A DNA stretch of 64,000 nucleotides from an uncultured virus (IMG/VR IMGVR_UViG_3300042549_004976) (IMGVR_UViG_3300042549_004976); one strand, 5' to 3'. Positions 31,001 through 40,682 are shown, counted from the first letter of the stretch. Notes: generated by a model from the sequence alone, not told the origin. A program made the numbers and translations.

Positions 31001-31099
31001 AATATATCGGGAATACAAGGTGCTGTAGGAAATGGCGTAAATATAGGTGGATGTACTTTTTCTATAATATACACTAAAAATGGAATAGCCTCAAACTAA
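28007..31099 (+). CDS. Putative tailspike / beta-helix (pectin-lyase-like) receptor-binding protein
   Basis: IYLAPSGSDGTGDGSLAKPYLTLQK N-terminal motif (DUF1565-like), then G/N/S-rich short beta-strand repeats. Confidence 0.6.
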   Translation: MAQSALPYPSNPSLEQLKVLATDSVIYLAPSGSDGTGDGSLAKPYLTLQKCMDVARTYTIVGSTTLYIRFLRGEYTITQNVDLYHPQGGNLIIEGDPAAFQQRCVWQVENYTWNLENFAGGGHTGSIRLFDGVTSNTNGCTMHGFTGQDQGMYFSITNAHTGSRNGYVSGAGLGINGNNPDNQGPGYSTVFAGDRFFNHGYSFEDAEGILGIGRILGATTSNTKLDVQFQNLNIDTRCPGLTFGAGNAGINNTIAWGGINSNYPEPQYSQPNGYYGWAGTAPWKNDAGTVTYPSNPGVSHNTVDPYILSTYPVVIRSSYNSNTGSLFLKNGTLKALRNIFFANNQEPFVSSNGSTGATLNFSQGISTVLTNSVSRISGVAGTGLYLENANMGIRHLGFYGIGNALSLYNSKVYSYFDKSGNTGTNSGVNSVYGTTNYAVQNTLDNAPVICTTQVNQGIVASNSVIDFTTGSALNRQNGIDYRMHTSHISASQQGIYLQSTQMTATSLAINTTADAPKVYSEIVLPIFPGMDTVAGVTAHLPAYATLWQTYPVAKMFMQPAGGSEVEIAYINWTINGGVSTSTTIAGSTSGATLVGTNQASAYNRYYIYGIKTAPHGLSYMTTQDIQLGITAGSGGTFTMRFYKDRNLSGVSASFTIGKNSVLLTGANGQTIGYIGMGGASAAPYMLVSRSFGGSNNDTYGNYSTGSIKVHDGSSAIIQKSLVICNGGYSPVDVRRNSSLLVGDSRVGTVFTPGYADLYYGASERGNSEITPVYGNLSITGFNGKAIRVSENSSATIGSLFAKHPLYADGSVGLPSSATPVVLVDKVSSASFGRVYSVTHPAGKLVSDANITPLWTTITGTKYGSHYQPIPESMMRAESGSRIFLAGLSGGSMFAFDGGTADMRFTTREYAVFEAGSVSVIISEGSLAYNSLSQPSESETRTVVDTRNNTTFPQKIMTRSPSSTSNRYLYGAPTTRTWLGDQSGDQHNYVRAVTNLGLHNISGIQGAVGNGVNIGGCTFSIIYTKNGIASN

Positions 31100-31111
31100 C
31101 AGACCCCATCC

Positions 31112-32950
31112 ATGAATAAAAAACTTGTAACCATAAACAGTAGCGGTGAAATTGTTTCCGAGCAATTGGGATACGATTCTGCTGCATTCACTCCATCATC
31201 TATCCTCAGTGGTTTCTATTCCATTATTGTGGATGAGGATATTAGGGGGCAGAGTACAACCCGAACCATTATTCTTCCCGATGGAAGCACGGGACCTCAA
31301 GGAATTTCTATTAGTCCTGTTACAGAGCAGATACTGAATGGTAAAATCGTAGGCTCATTCAATATAAATGAGCAGGTGTTTCAGTCGCAGTATATTCCAA
31401 CTCTCATTAACGGACTTGCTTTGGGCGGAGCCACCGCAGATCAGTTCCTTCCCACAGTGGCAACCATTGGACTCAGCGGTGCCGAGTTGGGCAATCGCTC
31501 TATTCAGTTCAAGGGATCATACCTTGACACCAATACAAAGGCAGCAGGACTTCAACTTCCTGCGTTCACAACCACATCGGTTCCGTATTATATGATGGAG
31601 GGATTCTTGTATCTAGAAACCCAACCGTCTACAAACTACGATCCTATTTTTATTACTCGTAGTGCCAACGGAGCAACCGATACCACCAACGATTCTTTCC
31701 GCTTGGAGTACGACAACAGCAGCAATCAACTACAGTTTCAGTTCTCGACAAGTAATTGGACTAGTGCTGGCTATCAGACTACTCTCAATGTGTGTCCTGC
31801 AAACGGAGTCACGCTGAACCAATGGCATCAGTTTGCTATTGCGTACTCCAATGTTGGCGCGTCTGCAACAGTTTCTTCGTATTGGAACGGAACCCGATAC
31901 GCACAAACCACAGGCATTTCGGGAGACTTAAAGAACAGCACAGGCTTCTTCATGCTTGGCAGTGGTGCATCAGGAGACAAGCCGCTCAAGGGCTATTTAG
32001 AGCACATCATGGTCAGTATGGGAACCACCACAGCGGCTCTTCGTGAGTTCCCTCACTCTGCAACTGGTCCTGTGAGTACGAATCAGTTTGCAGGAGACTA
32101 CACGGTGTACGCCATGAGCATGAACGGTCCACTAGGCAGCAGTCTGTTTCCTTCTACCAACACCAAACGAGTTGTATCTGCAATTGCATTCACTGATCGT
32201 TTTGGAGACAGACTTGGTGTTGCAAATGTGAGTCGCGAAAACACTTCCGTTCATGGTGTTACTCTGTTTGCGGGTGTGGACGGTGGTCACACGGCTTCTT
32301 CTGTTGGAGCAAGTGCAGGATACCTGTTTGGATTCGATAGCGGTGCGTGCATGATCATTGCAGGAGTAACTTCTACTATTTCCTTGCTTGCAGACTCAAA
32401 GAAGATCAAGGGAAACTTGATAGATCATAGCATTGCGTATTTGAATGGTTCAACCGCCATGCGTGGTGTGTGTGCATCACCAGGAGATTTTCCCTTACTG
32501 TTTGCGGGATCTTCTGCGTCTTTCTCTGGTCTTTCCTTTTCTTTTCTACCAACGACTAGTAATGTATCAGTGCTTCGCAGTATATACGATAATATTATTA
32601 TTGCTGGTCTGAGTGGATCATATAATCTTTCTGACTTTGAGGGAAATATGTACACATTCTCTACAGGTGGAGTGAAAAATCTGTACGCTGATGTGGTTTC
32701 ATATCAGTCCACGGCGTTTTCTTTGGGAAATAGTTTGAAAGCAGCAGTGACGGGAGCAACCACAAAATCTAATCTATACGAACTAAACGGATTGTGTGGC
32801 GAAGGACTAGTGAACAAACTTGCTCCACAACTTACTACTAATGGATTCCTGTACTTGACAGGAAAAGCAAAGGAAACAAAGAAAACAAACAATCCTGAAA
32901 CGCAAAATACTGTATCCTTTACAATAGTTGAAGGATTATACGAAGAGTGA
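31112..32950 (+). CDS. LamG-domain virion protein with DUF4376-like C-terminal region
   Basis: TLNQWHQFAIAY...YWNG...LKGYLEHIMVS LamG pattern; C-terminal DFEGNMYTFS...LYADVVSYQSTAF...LKAAVTGATT resembles DUF4376. Confidence 0.55.
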   Translation: MNKKLVTINSSGEIVSEQLGYDSAAFTPSSILSGFYSIIVDEDIRGQSTTRTIILPDGSTGPQGISISPVTEQILNGKIVGSFNINEQVFQSQYIPTLINGLALGGATADQFLPTVATIGLSGAELGNRSIQFKGSYLDTNTKAAGLQLPAFTTTSVPYYMMEGFLYLETQPSTNYDPIFITRSANGATDTTNDSFRLEYDNSSNQLQFQFSTSNWTSAGYQTTLNVCPANGVTLNQWHQFAIAYSNVGASATVSSYWNGTRYAQTTGISGDLKNSTGFFMLGSGASGDKPLKGYLEHIMVSMGTTTAALREFPHSATGPVSTNQFAGDYTVYAMSMNGPLGSSLFPSTNTKRVVSAIAFTDRFGDRLGVANVSRENTSVHGVTLFAGVDGGHTASSVGASAGYLFGFDSGACMIIAGVTSTISLLADSKKIKGNLIDHSIAYLNGSTAMRGVCASPGDFPLLFAGSSASFSGLSFSFLPTTSNVSVLRSIYDNIIIAGLSGSYNLSDFEGNMYTFSTGGVKNLYADVVSYQSTAFSLGNSLKAAVTGATTKSNLYELNGLCGEGLVNKLAPQLTTNGFLYLTGKAKETKKTNNPETQNTVSFTIVEGLYEE

Positions 32951-33222
32951 ATCTCATGAAACTTATTCATTATGGAACTAGTGGAACCGTACAGATCAAC
33001 GGCAACGAATACCGATTTGCAGACTTGCTGAAAATCGAACCCGCGTATTCTGCACCGCATGGATTTGGTACACGGGTATACGAGCGTGGAGTGCGGCATT
33101 ACATAACAGATGGACACAATCTGCTGTATTTACCGTCCACGGATGCCGAATGTGACCGCATTTGTAATCGAGAGGGTGAATTGGCAAGGCTTGTTGTTCG
33201 TCTTCAAGCCGAAAACGAGTAG
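32947..33222 (+). CDS. Hypothetical protein
   Basis: GTGA overlap with the upstream stop (alternative ATG at 32956); fills the gap to gp13. Confidence 0.55.
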   Translation: MNLMKLIHYGTSGTVQINGNEYRFADLLKIEPAYSAPHGFGTRVYERGVRHYITDGHNLLYLPSTDAECDRICNREGELARLVVRLQAENE

Positions 33223-33233
33223 TGTCTCGTTCT

Positions 33234-33241
33234 TCTAAATA
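33234..33241 (+). promoter_or_regulatory. T4-type late promoter (TCTAAATA)
   Basis: Intergenic, upstream of the AAGGAG RBS of gp13. Confidence 0.6.
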
Positions 33242-33259
33242 GAATAAAGGAGACACTGA

Positions 33260-34024
33260 ATGGCGAATCCACGCACACGACAAGAACTCAAAGACTATTG
33301 CCTTCGCGCACTGGGAGCACCAGTAATCGAAATCAATGTGGATGATCAACAAGTGGAAGACCGCATTGATGAGGCTCTCCGTTATTTTGTGGATTGGAAC
33401 TCCCACGCCAGCGAGAAACGGTACTACAAGTATCAGGTAACCGAACAAGACAGAACCAACGGATATATTAATACCAATTCTCTTGGCTTAGATGGTTCGA
33501 ATATCATCTCTATTAGCCGCGTGTTTCAGGTGGGCTTTAATCTACAGATGAACAATGTGTTTAATGTTCGCTATCAGATGGCACTGAATGACTTTTACGG
33601 TTTGCGTACAGGACAATCCAATATGAACTTCTTTGTGTCCACAATGCAATATGTGGAGATGTTGCAGCAGTTGCTTGATCCTGAGAAGCAGACACAGTTC
33701 AGCCGATACGGCAACAAACTCACCATCCACATGAACTGGCAGGATTTCGCTGCGGGACAGTTCTTACTTATCGAAGCGTACACATCACTTGATCCCGACA
33801 CATACGGTGAAATCTACGGTGATACAATGCTAAAGAAATACACTACTGCTCTTATTAAACGGCAGTGGGGTGCCAATCTCTCTAAGTATGATGGCATTCC
33901 GCTACCAGGAAATATTACATTTAATGGGGCGCGTATCTATCAAGAAGCATTGGATGAAGTTACAAAAATCGAAGACGATGTTCTGCTCAAGTATCAGGAT
34001 CCACCTGACTTTATTACAGGATAA
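33260..34024 (+). CDS. gp13: Neck protein gp13
   Basis: P.TRQELKDYCLR.LGAPVIEINVDD.QVEDRIDEAL...LKKY.TALIKRQWG.NLSKY.GI.LPG. Confidence 0.95.
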   Translation: MANPRTRQELKDYCLRALGAPVIEINVDDQQVEDRIDEALRYFVDWNSHASEKRYYKYQVTEQDRTNGYINTNSLGLDGSNIISISRVFQVGFNLQMNNVFNVRYQMALNDFYGLRTGQSNMNFFVSTMQYVEMLQQLLDPEKQTQFSRYGNKLTIHMNWQDFAAGQFLLIEAYTSLDPDTYGEIYGDTMLKKYTTALIKRQWGANLSKYDGIPLPGNITFNGARIYQEALDEVTKIEDDVLLKYQDPPDFITG

Positions 34025-34026
34025 CC

Positions 34027-34911
34027 ATGACAGTCAATCCGTATTTTCGTAGGAACAAGAAAGGCGAACAAAGCCTACTTGAATCACTCACGACCGAGGC
34101 AATCAAAATCCACGGTCATGAGATGATCTATTTGCCACGCGAAAAGGTAACGGAAGATCTTATCCTTGGAGAAGAAGTTTCTGAGTTTGTGGATTCTAGT
34201 CGTATCGAAATGTACTTGGAAAACGCCGAAGGATTTGATGGCGATGCTGAAATGAGTCGGTTTGGTTTGGATGTAAAAGATGCTGCCACCTTTATTGTGT
34301 CGCGTAAGCGGTTCATGGATGTCATGGGATACCATGATGAAATTCGGCGGCTTGGTCGTCCACGAGAAGGCGATATCATCTTCTTTGACTATCCGTACTC
34401 CATGTTTGAAATCAAATTTGTAAAGCACGACAATCCGTTTTATCCAGGCGGTGATCGGTATTCATTCAAATTGAGTTGCGAAATATTCAAGTATTCGAAT
34501 GAGAAGATCAGTACAGGGGAAACCGAAATGGATGACATCATGGAGATTTCCTCTTCATATTTGCAAGGACTTACCTTTGGTGGTGGCGCAGGAACCTATG
34601 CTGTGGGAGAAGAAGTGTATACAGGTGCTTTGGCAACGAAGAAGGCGTATGGAAATGTTAATATATTCACTACTCCTCTCGCTGGTGCTAAGAGTATGCG
34701 AGTGAATCGTCGAGAAGGTGTTTTTGAAGTTGGTGATTTGCTGATTGGAGTTGTAAGCGGAGCCTCGTATACGATTTCTGGTGTTTACGATACCACAGTT
34801 CGTGCAGGACATCAGGAACAGCAGGACAACGAGCAGTTGGATTTGGAAACAGAGCAAAACAATATCTTCGACCATACTGATGCTGATCCTTTCAGTGAAG
34901 GAAATTATTAA
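34027..34911 (+). CDS. gp14: Neck protein gp14
   Basis: NPYF....EQ.L.E.L..EAIKIHG...YLPRE...RPREGDIIFF...FEIKFV.H..PFY...F...DPFSEG. Confidence 0.95.
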   Translation: MTVNPYFRRNKKGEQSLLESLTTEAIKIHGHEMIYLPREKVTEDLILGEEVSEFVDSSRIEMYLENAEGFDGDAEMSRFGLDVKDAATFIVSRKRFMDVMGYHDEIRRLGRPREGDIIFFDYPYSMFEIKFVKHDNPFYPGGDRYSFKLSCEIFKYSNEKISTGETEMDDIMEISSSYLQGLTFGGGAGTYAVGEEVYTGALATKKAYGNVNIFTTPLAGAKSMRVNRREGVFEVGDLLIGVVSGASYTISGVYDTTVRAGHQEQQDNEQLDLETEQNNIFDHTDADPFSEGNY

Positions 34912-35781
34912 TTGTTCACCAACTTCTACAATGGCTCGATTCGCCGTATGGTCGCTGCATTTGGTTCTCTGTTCAACCAAATCTATATCGACAAGGAAGA
35001 GAGCGGTGGCACAAAAACCATGCTTATTCCTATTGCCTATGCTGGCAAAGAAAAGTTCAAGGTGCGACTTGCAGGTGACCCCAATTTACAAAATCCCAAT
35101 CAGATCACGCTTCCCCGTATTTCTTTTGAAATCACGGGATATATGTACGATGGAAACCGTAAACGCAACAGCGTGACACGGCATTTTGTTCGTCCCACTA
35201 CAAGCAATCCTAGTGGAGTAGACTACACCTACGCAGAAGTTCCGTACAACATTGACTTTGGGCTGTATGTGTATGTGCGAAACATGGAAGACGGTCTGCG
35301 AATCATTGAACAGATTCTTCCGTTCTTTGCTCCTGAATTCGTGGTTACTATAAACTTTGATACTATCAATAAAAAAATTGATGTTCCAATCTATCTGAAT
35401 TCCGTATCAACAGAAGAAGACTACGAGGGTGATTTTGAAACGCGGCGTAGCATTGTGTTTACGCTGAATTTCACCATGAAGACCCATCTGTTTGGTGCAG
35501 AAAAGAATTACAAGGAAATCCGCGTGGTTCAGGCTGGTATATGGAATGGTGAAATGTTCAGTGATACTTTTGTTGGTGGCATCTCATACGCACCAGGAAA
35601 CACCACTGATACTCCTAATTACGCAAACTCGCTTGTTGGTATTTGCGGACCAAGTGGAGCCAGTTCCAATGCCAACGACTACGGTGCATACGCCAAGGTG
35701 TATCAGAATCTTTCTGGTGGTGGAACTACATACGCTACGGCAATGGCTGCGGGTGGTGTGACGGTTGATTGGAATATCTGA
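34912..35781 (+). CDS. gp15: Tail sheath stabiliser/completion protein gp15 (TTG start)
   Basis: FY..SIRR.V.AFGSLFN...IPIAY..KEKF...LPRISFEI....YD..RK...VPYNIDF...IIEQILPFF.P...DYEGDF..RR. Confidence 0.93.
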   Translation: MFTNFYNGSIRRMVAAFGSLFNQIYIDKEESGGTKTMLIPIAYAGKEKFKVRLAGDPNLQNPNQITLPRISFEITGYMYDGNRKRNSVTRHFVRPTTSNPSGVDYTYAEVPYNIDFGLYVYVRNMEDGLRIIEQILPFFAPEFVVTINFDTINKKIDVPIYLNSVSTEEDYEGDFETRRSIVFTLNFTMKTHLFGAEKNYKEIRVVQAGIWNGEMFSDTFVGGISYAPGNTTDTPNYANSLVGICGPSGASSNANDYGAYAKVYQNLSGGGTTYATAMAAGGVTVDWNI

Positions 35782-35791
35782 GGAGTACAAT

Positions 35792-36292
35792 ATGAGTGGA
35801 TTTGATAATATTGAGAAGGCTCTCGGAGCAGAGCCTGTGAAATCTTTTGTTGTTCCGCCTCATGCAGTTCTTGCAAAGGTTGATCCTGTTCCTCTCACAG
35901 ACGAGAAACTAGAAAAAGACCTGAAGACTGACTACGAGGTGGTACGAGAAAATCTAAAGGAACTTGTTGACATGGGCAAAAATGCTCTTGACGGCGTTAT
36001 TGCTGTGGCGCAAGAAGGCGATCAGCCACGAGCATATGAAGTGGTTGCGCTAATGATCAAGACTCTAGCAGACACCAACAAAGAACTTTTGGATCTACAC
36101 AACAAGGTGAAGAGCATCCGCAAAATAGATCAGTCGGTTACAAACAATACAACAACCAATCAGTCCATCTATGTGGGATCAACAAAAGAACTGCAAGACA
36201 TTATTAATTCCGCTCGTTCATCCACCAAGGCTTTCAACAATAGACCTGATGTGCTTGAGTCTATAGTAGAGGACAAGAACGATGAGCAGTAA
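35792..36292 (+). CDS. gp16: Terminase small subunit gp16
   Basis: GAGGAG RBS; DYE.VRENL.EL...G..AL...PRAYEV...TNQSIYVGSTKELQ. Confidence 0.92.
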   Translation: MSGFDNIEKALGAEPVKSFVVPPHAVLAKVDPVPLTDEKLEKDLKTDYEVVRENLKELVDMGKNALDGVIAVAQEGDQPRAYEVVALMIKTLADTNKELLDLHNKVKSIRKIDQSVTNNTTTNQSIYVGSTKELQDIINSARSSTKAFNNRPDVLESIVEDKNDEQ

Positions 36293-37952
36293 GAGCAACA
36301 AGTATCTTGGTAACGCCAATCTGAAGTCTGCGGGAGTAAATATCAACTTCTCGCCTGAGCAGATTGAAGAGTACATGAAGTGTGCAAACGATCCTCTATA
36401 TTTCATTGCCAACTATGTAAAGATTGTTTCTCTTGATAAAGGATTGGTGCCATTCGAGCCGTATGATTTCCAAGAGGAAATGATTGAATCGGTTCACAAG
36501 AACCGCTTTGTTATTATGAAGTGTCCGCGTCAGAGCGGAAAATCCACAACAATGGTTTCGTACCTGTTGCACTACATTCTGTTTAATCAGAACATGAGTG
36601 TGGCTATTCTTGCAAATAAACTTAGTACTGCACGAGAACTGCTTGGTCGCCTGAAACTAGCCTACGAGTACCTGCCCATGTGGTTGCAGCAGGGTGTAGT
36701 AGAGTGGAACAAGGGATCCATCGTGCTAGAGAACGGCTCCAAGGCATTGGCGGCGGCTACATCGTCATCGGCTGTTCGTGGTGGTTCGTATAACTGTATC
36801 ATGCTTGACGAGTTTGCTTATGTTCCTCAAAATGTGGCAGAGGAGTTCTTTTCCTCGGTGTACCCTACGATTACAAGCGGTAAAGACACAAAGGTAATTA
36901 TTGTGTCCACTCCCAAGGGGTTGAATATGTTTTACCGCCTATGGGTGAACGCAACAAAGAAGCCAGGCGAAGAAGGAAAGAACGAATACTTTGCTCTTGA
37001 TGTGCATTGGCGAGATGTTCCTGGTCGAGATGACGAGTGGAAAAAGCAAACCATTGCGAACACAAGCGTGGAGCAATTCCGCACCGAGTTTGAAACTGAG
37101 TTCTTGGGATCCATGCACACCCTTGTGGCTCCTGAAAAATTGAAGTGTTTGGTGTACCGTACACCTGAGTTTATTAATAATGAAGGGCTACGAATATATC
37201 AGCGTCCGATTCCCGACCACAAGTACATCATGGTGGTGGATACGGCACGGGGACAGGGACAAGACTACCACGCGTTCTCTGTGGTGGATGTGTCGTGCAT
37301 TCCGTATCGGGTGGTTGCCACATTCCGAAATAATATGTTGGCTCCCATGTTGTACCCCAATGCCATTTACCCCATTGCACGGCAGTACAACAACGCGTAC
37401 ACCCTTGTAGAAATTAATGATATTGGTGGACAGGTTGCCGACATTCTTCACGATGAATTGGAATACGACAATATCATTTATGTTTCCATGCAGGGACGCA
37501 AAGGTCAGGTGGTGAACGGCGGCTTTGGAGCCAAAGGATCTTCCATTAACGGGGTAAAGACCTCCACAGCGGTAAAGCGTATTGGCTGTTCCATTTTGAA
37601 AAATTTGATTGAAGACACCAAACTCATTGTGGAAGACTTTAATACGGTGGACGAACTCACCACCTTTGTGGCAAAGGGAGACTCGTTCGAGGCAGAAGAC
37701 AACCATCATGATGACCTTGCAATGACACTTGTGCTGTTTTCGTGGCTGACCACCCAAGCCTATTTTAAGAGCATCACAGGCAGCGATATCCGAAAAGACC
37801 TGTACGAAGAACAAATTAAAAATTTAGAAGAAGAAATGACCCCCTTTGGCTTTGTGGATGACGGTGACGCTCCCGCTGCTATTGTGGATAATCACGGCAC
37901 AGTTTGGCGCGGCGGAACCAACGAAAACCTAGATATGGGGTGGACATTTTAA
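36282..37952 (+). CDS. gp17: Terminase large subunit gp17
   Basis: YLGN.NLK; PRQSGKST Walker A; LDEFAYV Walker B; VSTPKG.N; HDDLAM nuclease motif. Confidence 0.98.
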   Translation: MSSKSNKYLGNANLKSAGVNINFSPEQIEEYMKCANDPLYFIANYVKIVSLDKGLVPFEPYDFQEEMIESVHKNRFVIMKCPRQSGKSTTMVSYLLHYILFNQNMSVAILANKLSTARELLGRLKLAYEYLPMWLQQGVVEWNKGSIVLENGSKALAAATSSSAVRGGSYNCIMLDEFAYVPQNVAEEFFSSVYPTITSGKDTKVIIVSTPKGLNMFYRLWVNATKKPGEEGKNEYFALDVHWRDVPGRDDEWKKQTIANTSVEQFRTEFETEFLGSMHTLVAPEKLKCLVYRTPEFINNEGLRIYQRPIPDHKYIMVVDTARGQGQDYHAFSVVDVSCIPYRVVATFRNNMLAPMLYPNAIYPIARQYNNAYTLVEINDIGGQVADILHDELEYDNIIYVSMQGRKGQVVNGGFGAKGSSINGVKTSTAVKRIGCSILKNLIEDTKLIVEDFNTVDELTTFVAKGDSFEAEDNHHDDLAMTLVLFSWLTTQAYFKSITGSDIRKDLYEEQIKNLEEEMTPFGFVDDGDAPAAIVDNHGTVWRGGTNENLDMGWTF

Positions 37953-38036
37953 TCCATCTGTGAATCCTTCAGAATAATACATACAATCAGAAGCGCAGTC
38001 ACCACGAATTGACTTCTTCACGAAGGAGAACCCAAA

Positions 38037-40040
38037 ATGGCATTTAGAGTAAGTCCTGGCGTAAGTATCAAAGAAATCGACCTGACCACAGTTGTTCCTG
38101 CTGTCGCAACCACTCCTGGTGGTTTTGCTGGCTACTTCCACTCTGGTCCTGCGGACGAAATCGTTACCGTAACAAACCAAACGGAACTTGTCAGTATCTT
38201 CGGCAAGCCGCAGAACGACAACTATGTGGACTTCTTTACGGCAGCAAACTTCCTGTCGTATGGAAACAATATGCAAGTGGTTCGTGTGCTTGGATCTGCT
38301 TCCAGAAACTCTTCGGTTGGTAAGGGTGGCACAGCAGGTTTTGCCACAGGCACCTTGCTTATCACCAACTCAACACAATTTGGAGCAAGCGCAGGTCTTT
38401 CTGCATCCGCTCCTGCTGAAGCAGGAGCCTTGTTTGCTTCCAAGTATCCTGGTGTTATTGGAAACAGCGTGAAAGTTGTTGTTACAACTGGATCAGGAAC
38501 CACCACAGGAGGACTTTCTGCTGCTGCTCTTATGGGAGCCAGTTCATTAACAATTAAGGCACCTGGTACCACTTATGGATTTAGTGTGGGTGACGAAATT
38601 ACATTTGCAGACGGAACATCAGTCACTGTAAGCGGTGTGTCTGGAAGAAGTGCAACTGCTGGAGACATTTTTGGTGTTACTGGTACTGTGGCTTCGGGAG
38701 TTTCGGTTACACTGCAAACACTACTGCCCACGGCTCAACTCATCAACGCAACATATACGCACAAGAGCGTTTACGCAAAGTCGATTGGTTCCACCTCTTT
38801 CACCACTCCATATGCTTTTGACGCAGGTGGATCGGGAGATCAGATCAATGTGCTTGTTCTTGACAAGGACGGCACATTATCAGGAACAGTAAACACTGTG
38901 CTTGAGAAGTTTGAAGGCTTGTCTCGCGCAGAGGACGCAAAGAAGTTTGACGGCAGTAGCAATTACTACCGCACAGTAATAAACGAGCAGTCCAAGTATG
39001 TCTGGGCACTATCACGCGATATGGCATCCAACACAGGATTTACTGCTACCAAGACAAATTGGAATACGCTTGGTGTTTCGCTTGCATCTCAAACCCACTT
39101 GGCAGATAGTGTAAACTCTTTCCATCTATCGGGAGCCGTTTCTGCTGCACCAACTGTATCCGAACTGTACGCAAACGGATGGAACAAGTTTGCCGATGCG
39201 GATGCAGTGGATGTGTCTCTGCTTCCAATGGGTGGGGCTTCAGCCACTCTTGCTCAACTAGTTGTGCAGAATGTCTGCGAGAAGCGTCTTGACTGCATGG
39301 CATTCGTTTCTCCAGCACAGAGTGATGTTGAAAATAAATTGCCGTATGAAGCCTTGAACAACCTCAAGACTTTCCGCGACAGCACCTTCAACATTAACTC
39401 ATCCTACGCAGTCATTGACAGCGGTTGGAAGTACCAGTTGGACACCTACAACAATGTGCTTCGGATTATGCCTCTGAACGCAGACATTGCAGGATTGGTT
39501 GCTCGTACCGAGTTCACCAACGAAGCGTGGTTCTCGCCAGCAGGATTCAATCGTGGTCAACTGAAGAATGTTGTTAAGTTGGCGTACAATCCATCTGCGG
39601 AAGCACATCGTGACGAGTTGTACACCCGTCAGGTAAACCCTGTGGTATCTTTCCCAGGCGAAGGGGTAATCCTGTTCGGTGACAAAACCGCTCAGTCCCG
39701 TCCAAGTGCGTTTGATCGCATCAATGTGCGCCGTCTGTTCATTATTCTTGAGAAGGCAATTGCCACGGCTTCAAAGTTCTTCCTGTTCGAGCAGAACGAT
39801 GCGTTCACTCGCTCTCAGTTCAAGAACCTTGTTGTTCCGTTCCTCAAGACTGTTCAGCAGCGTAGAGGCATCACCGATTTCAAGGTGGTGTGTGACGAAA
39901 CCAACAATACGGGTGAAGTAATTGACCGCAACGAGTTCGTGGCTGATATATTTGTAAAGCCAACCCGCAGCGTCAATTTCATCTCTCTTAATTTTATTGC
40001 AACAAAGACAGGCGTTAGTTTCACCGAAGTCGGAGCGTAA
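38037..40040 (+). CDS. gp18: Tail sheath protein gp18
   Basis: SPGVSIKEIDLT...FFTAANFLSYGN...WFSPAGFNRG...FGDKT...SAFDRINVRRLF...FEQND.FTR. Confidence 0.98.
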   Translation: MAFRVSPGVSIKEIDLTTVVPAVATTPGGFAGYFHSGPADEIVTVTNQTELVSIFGKPQNDNYVDFFTAANFLSYGNNMQVVRVLGSASRNSSVGKGGTAGFATGTLLITNSTQFGASAGLSASAPAEAGALFASKYPGVIGNSVKVVVTTGSGTTTGGLSAAALMGASSLTIKAPGTTYGFSVGDEITFADGTSVTVSGVSGRSATAGDIFGVTGTVASGVSVTLQTLLPTAQLINATYTHKSVYAKSIGSTSFTTPYAFDAGGSGDQINVLVLDKDGTLSGTVNTVLEKFEGLSRAEDAKKFDGSSNYYRTVINEQSKYVWALSRDMASNTGFTATKTNWNTLGVSLASQTHLADSVNSFHLSGAVSAAPTVSELYANGWNKFADADAVDVSLLPMGGASATLAQLVVQNVCEKRLDCMAFVSPAQSDVENKLPYEALNNLKTFRDSTFNINSSYAVIDSGWKYQLDTYNNVLRIMPLNADIAGLVARTEFTNEAWFSPAGFNRGQLKNVVKLAYNPSAEAHRDELYTRQVNPVVSFPGEGVILFGDKTAQSRPSAFDRINVRRLFIILEKAIATASKFFLFEQNDAFTRSQFKNLVVPFLKTVQQRRGITDFKVVCDETNNTGEVIDRNEFVADIFVKPTRSVNFISLNFIATKTGVSFTEVGA

Positions 40041-40042
40041 GG

Positions 40043-40050
40043 TCTAAATA
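40043..40050 (+). promoter_or_regulatory. T4-type late promoter (TCTAAATA)
   Basis: Between gp18 and gp19, upstream of the AAGGAG RBS. Confidence 0.65.
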
Positions 40051-40070
40051 ATAAGACCAAGGAGTAATCA

Positions 40071-40682
40071 ATGCCAGTAGATCCAACAAACAATATTTCA
40101 GGATTCGTAAACGCCTTTGCTGGCGGTGGTGTTCGTACCAACCTGTTCCTAGTCACAGGAAATATTCCTGGCTACCAGAACAACCGCGCAATCTCTTTCT
40201 TGTGCAAGGCTGCACAGATTCCTGCGTCCTCGCTTGGAACTATTGAAGTTCCGTATCGTGGTCGCAGAATCAAACTTCCAGGAGATCGCACATTCCAAGA
40301 CTGGACAATCACAGTTATTTCCGATGCGAACATGAGTCTTCGCTCAGGATTTGAGTTTTGGAGTGCAACCTTTAATTCTCATGTCAGCAACATTACCTCA
40401 AACAACTTCATGCAGTTCATGCCTACATGGTCTGTTACGCAACTGCTTCGTGATGGTGAGCCGCTTCGCACATACAATTTCATTGGATGCTATCCAAGTG
40501 AAGTTGGAGCAATTGATCTCTCATACGAGAACAATGACTCTATTGCAGAGTTCCCTGTTACCCTGAACTACTCTTGGTGGGAGGCTGCTCAAGGTGGTGC
40601 TGTTCCTGCTACGGGTACTGGTCAGGAAAACATTCAGGCTCTATTGCAGCAGTCGGGGATCAATATCGGTCAAGGTTTCTGA
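40071..40682 (+). CDS. gp19: Tail tube protein gp19
   Basis: GGG.R.NLF...FLCKAAQIP.S.LG.IEVPYRGR.IKLPGDRTF..WT.T...I.EF.VT..Y.WW. Confidence 0.97.
   Translation: MPVDPTNNISGFVNAFAGGGVRTNLFLVTGNIPGYQNNRAISFLCKAAQIPASSLGTIEVPYRGRRIKLPGDRTFQDWTITVISDANMSLRSGFEFWSATFNSHVSNITSNNFMQFMPTWSVTQLLRDGEPLRTYNFIGCYPSEVGAIDLSYENNDSIAEFPVTLNYSWWEAAQGGAVPATGTGQENIQALLQQSGINIGQGF

Noticed and set aside
2383..40682. T6SS or extracellular contractile injection system (PAAR, gp25, sheath, tube)
   Set aside because: Portal, terminase, protease, scaffold, capsid and T4-type replication genes show this is a phage genome.
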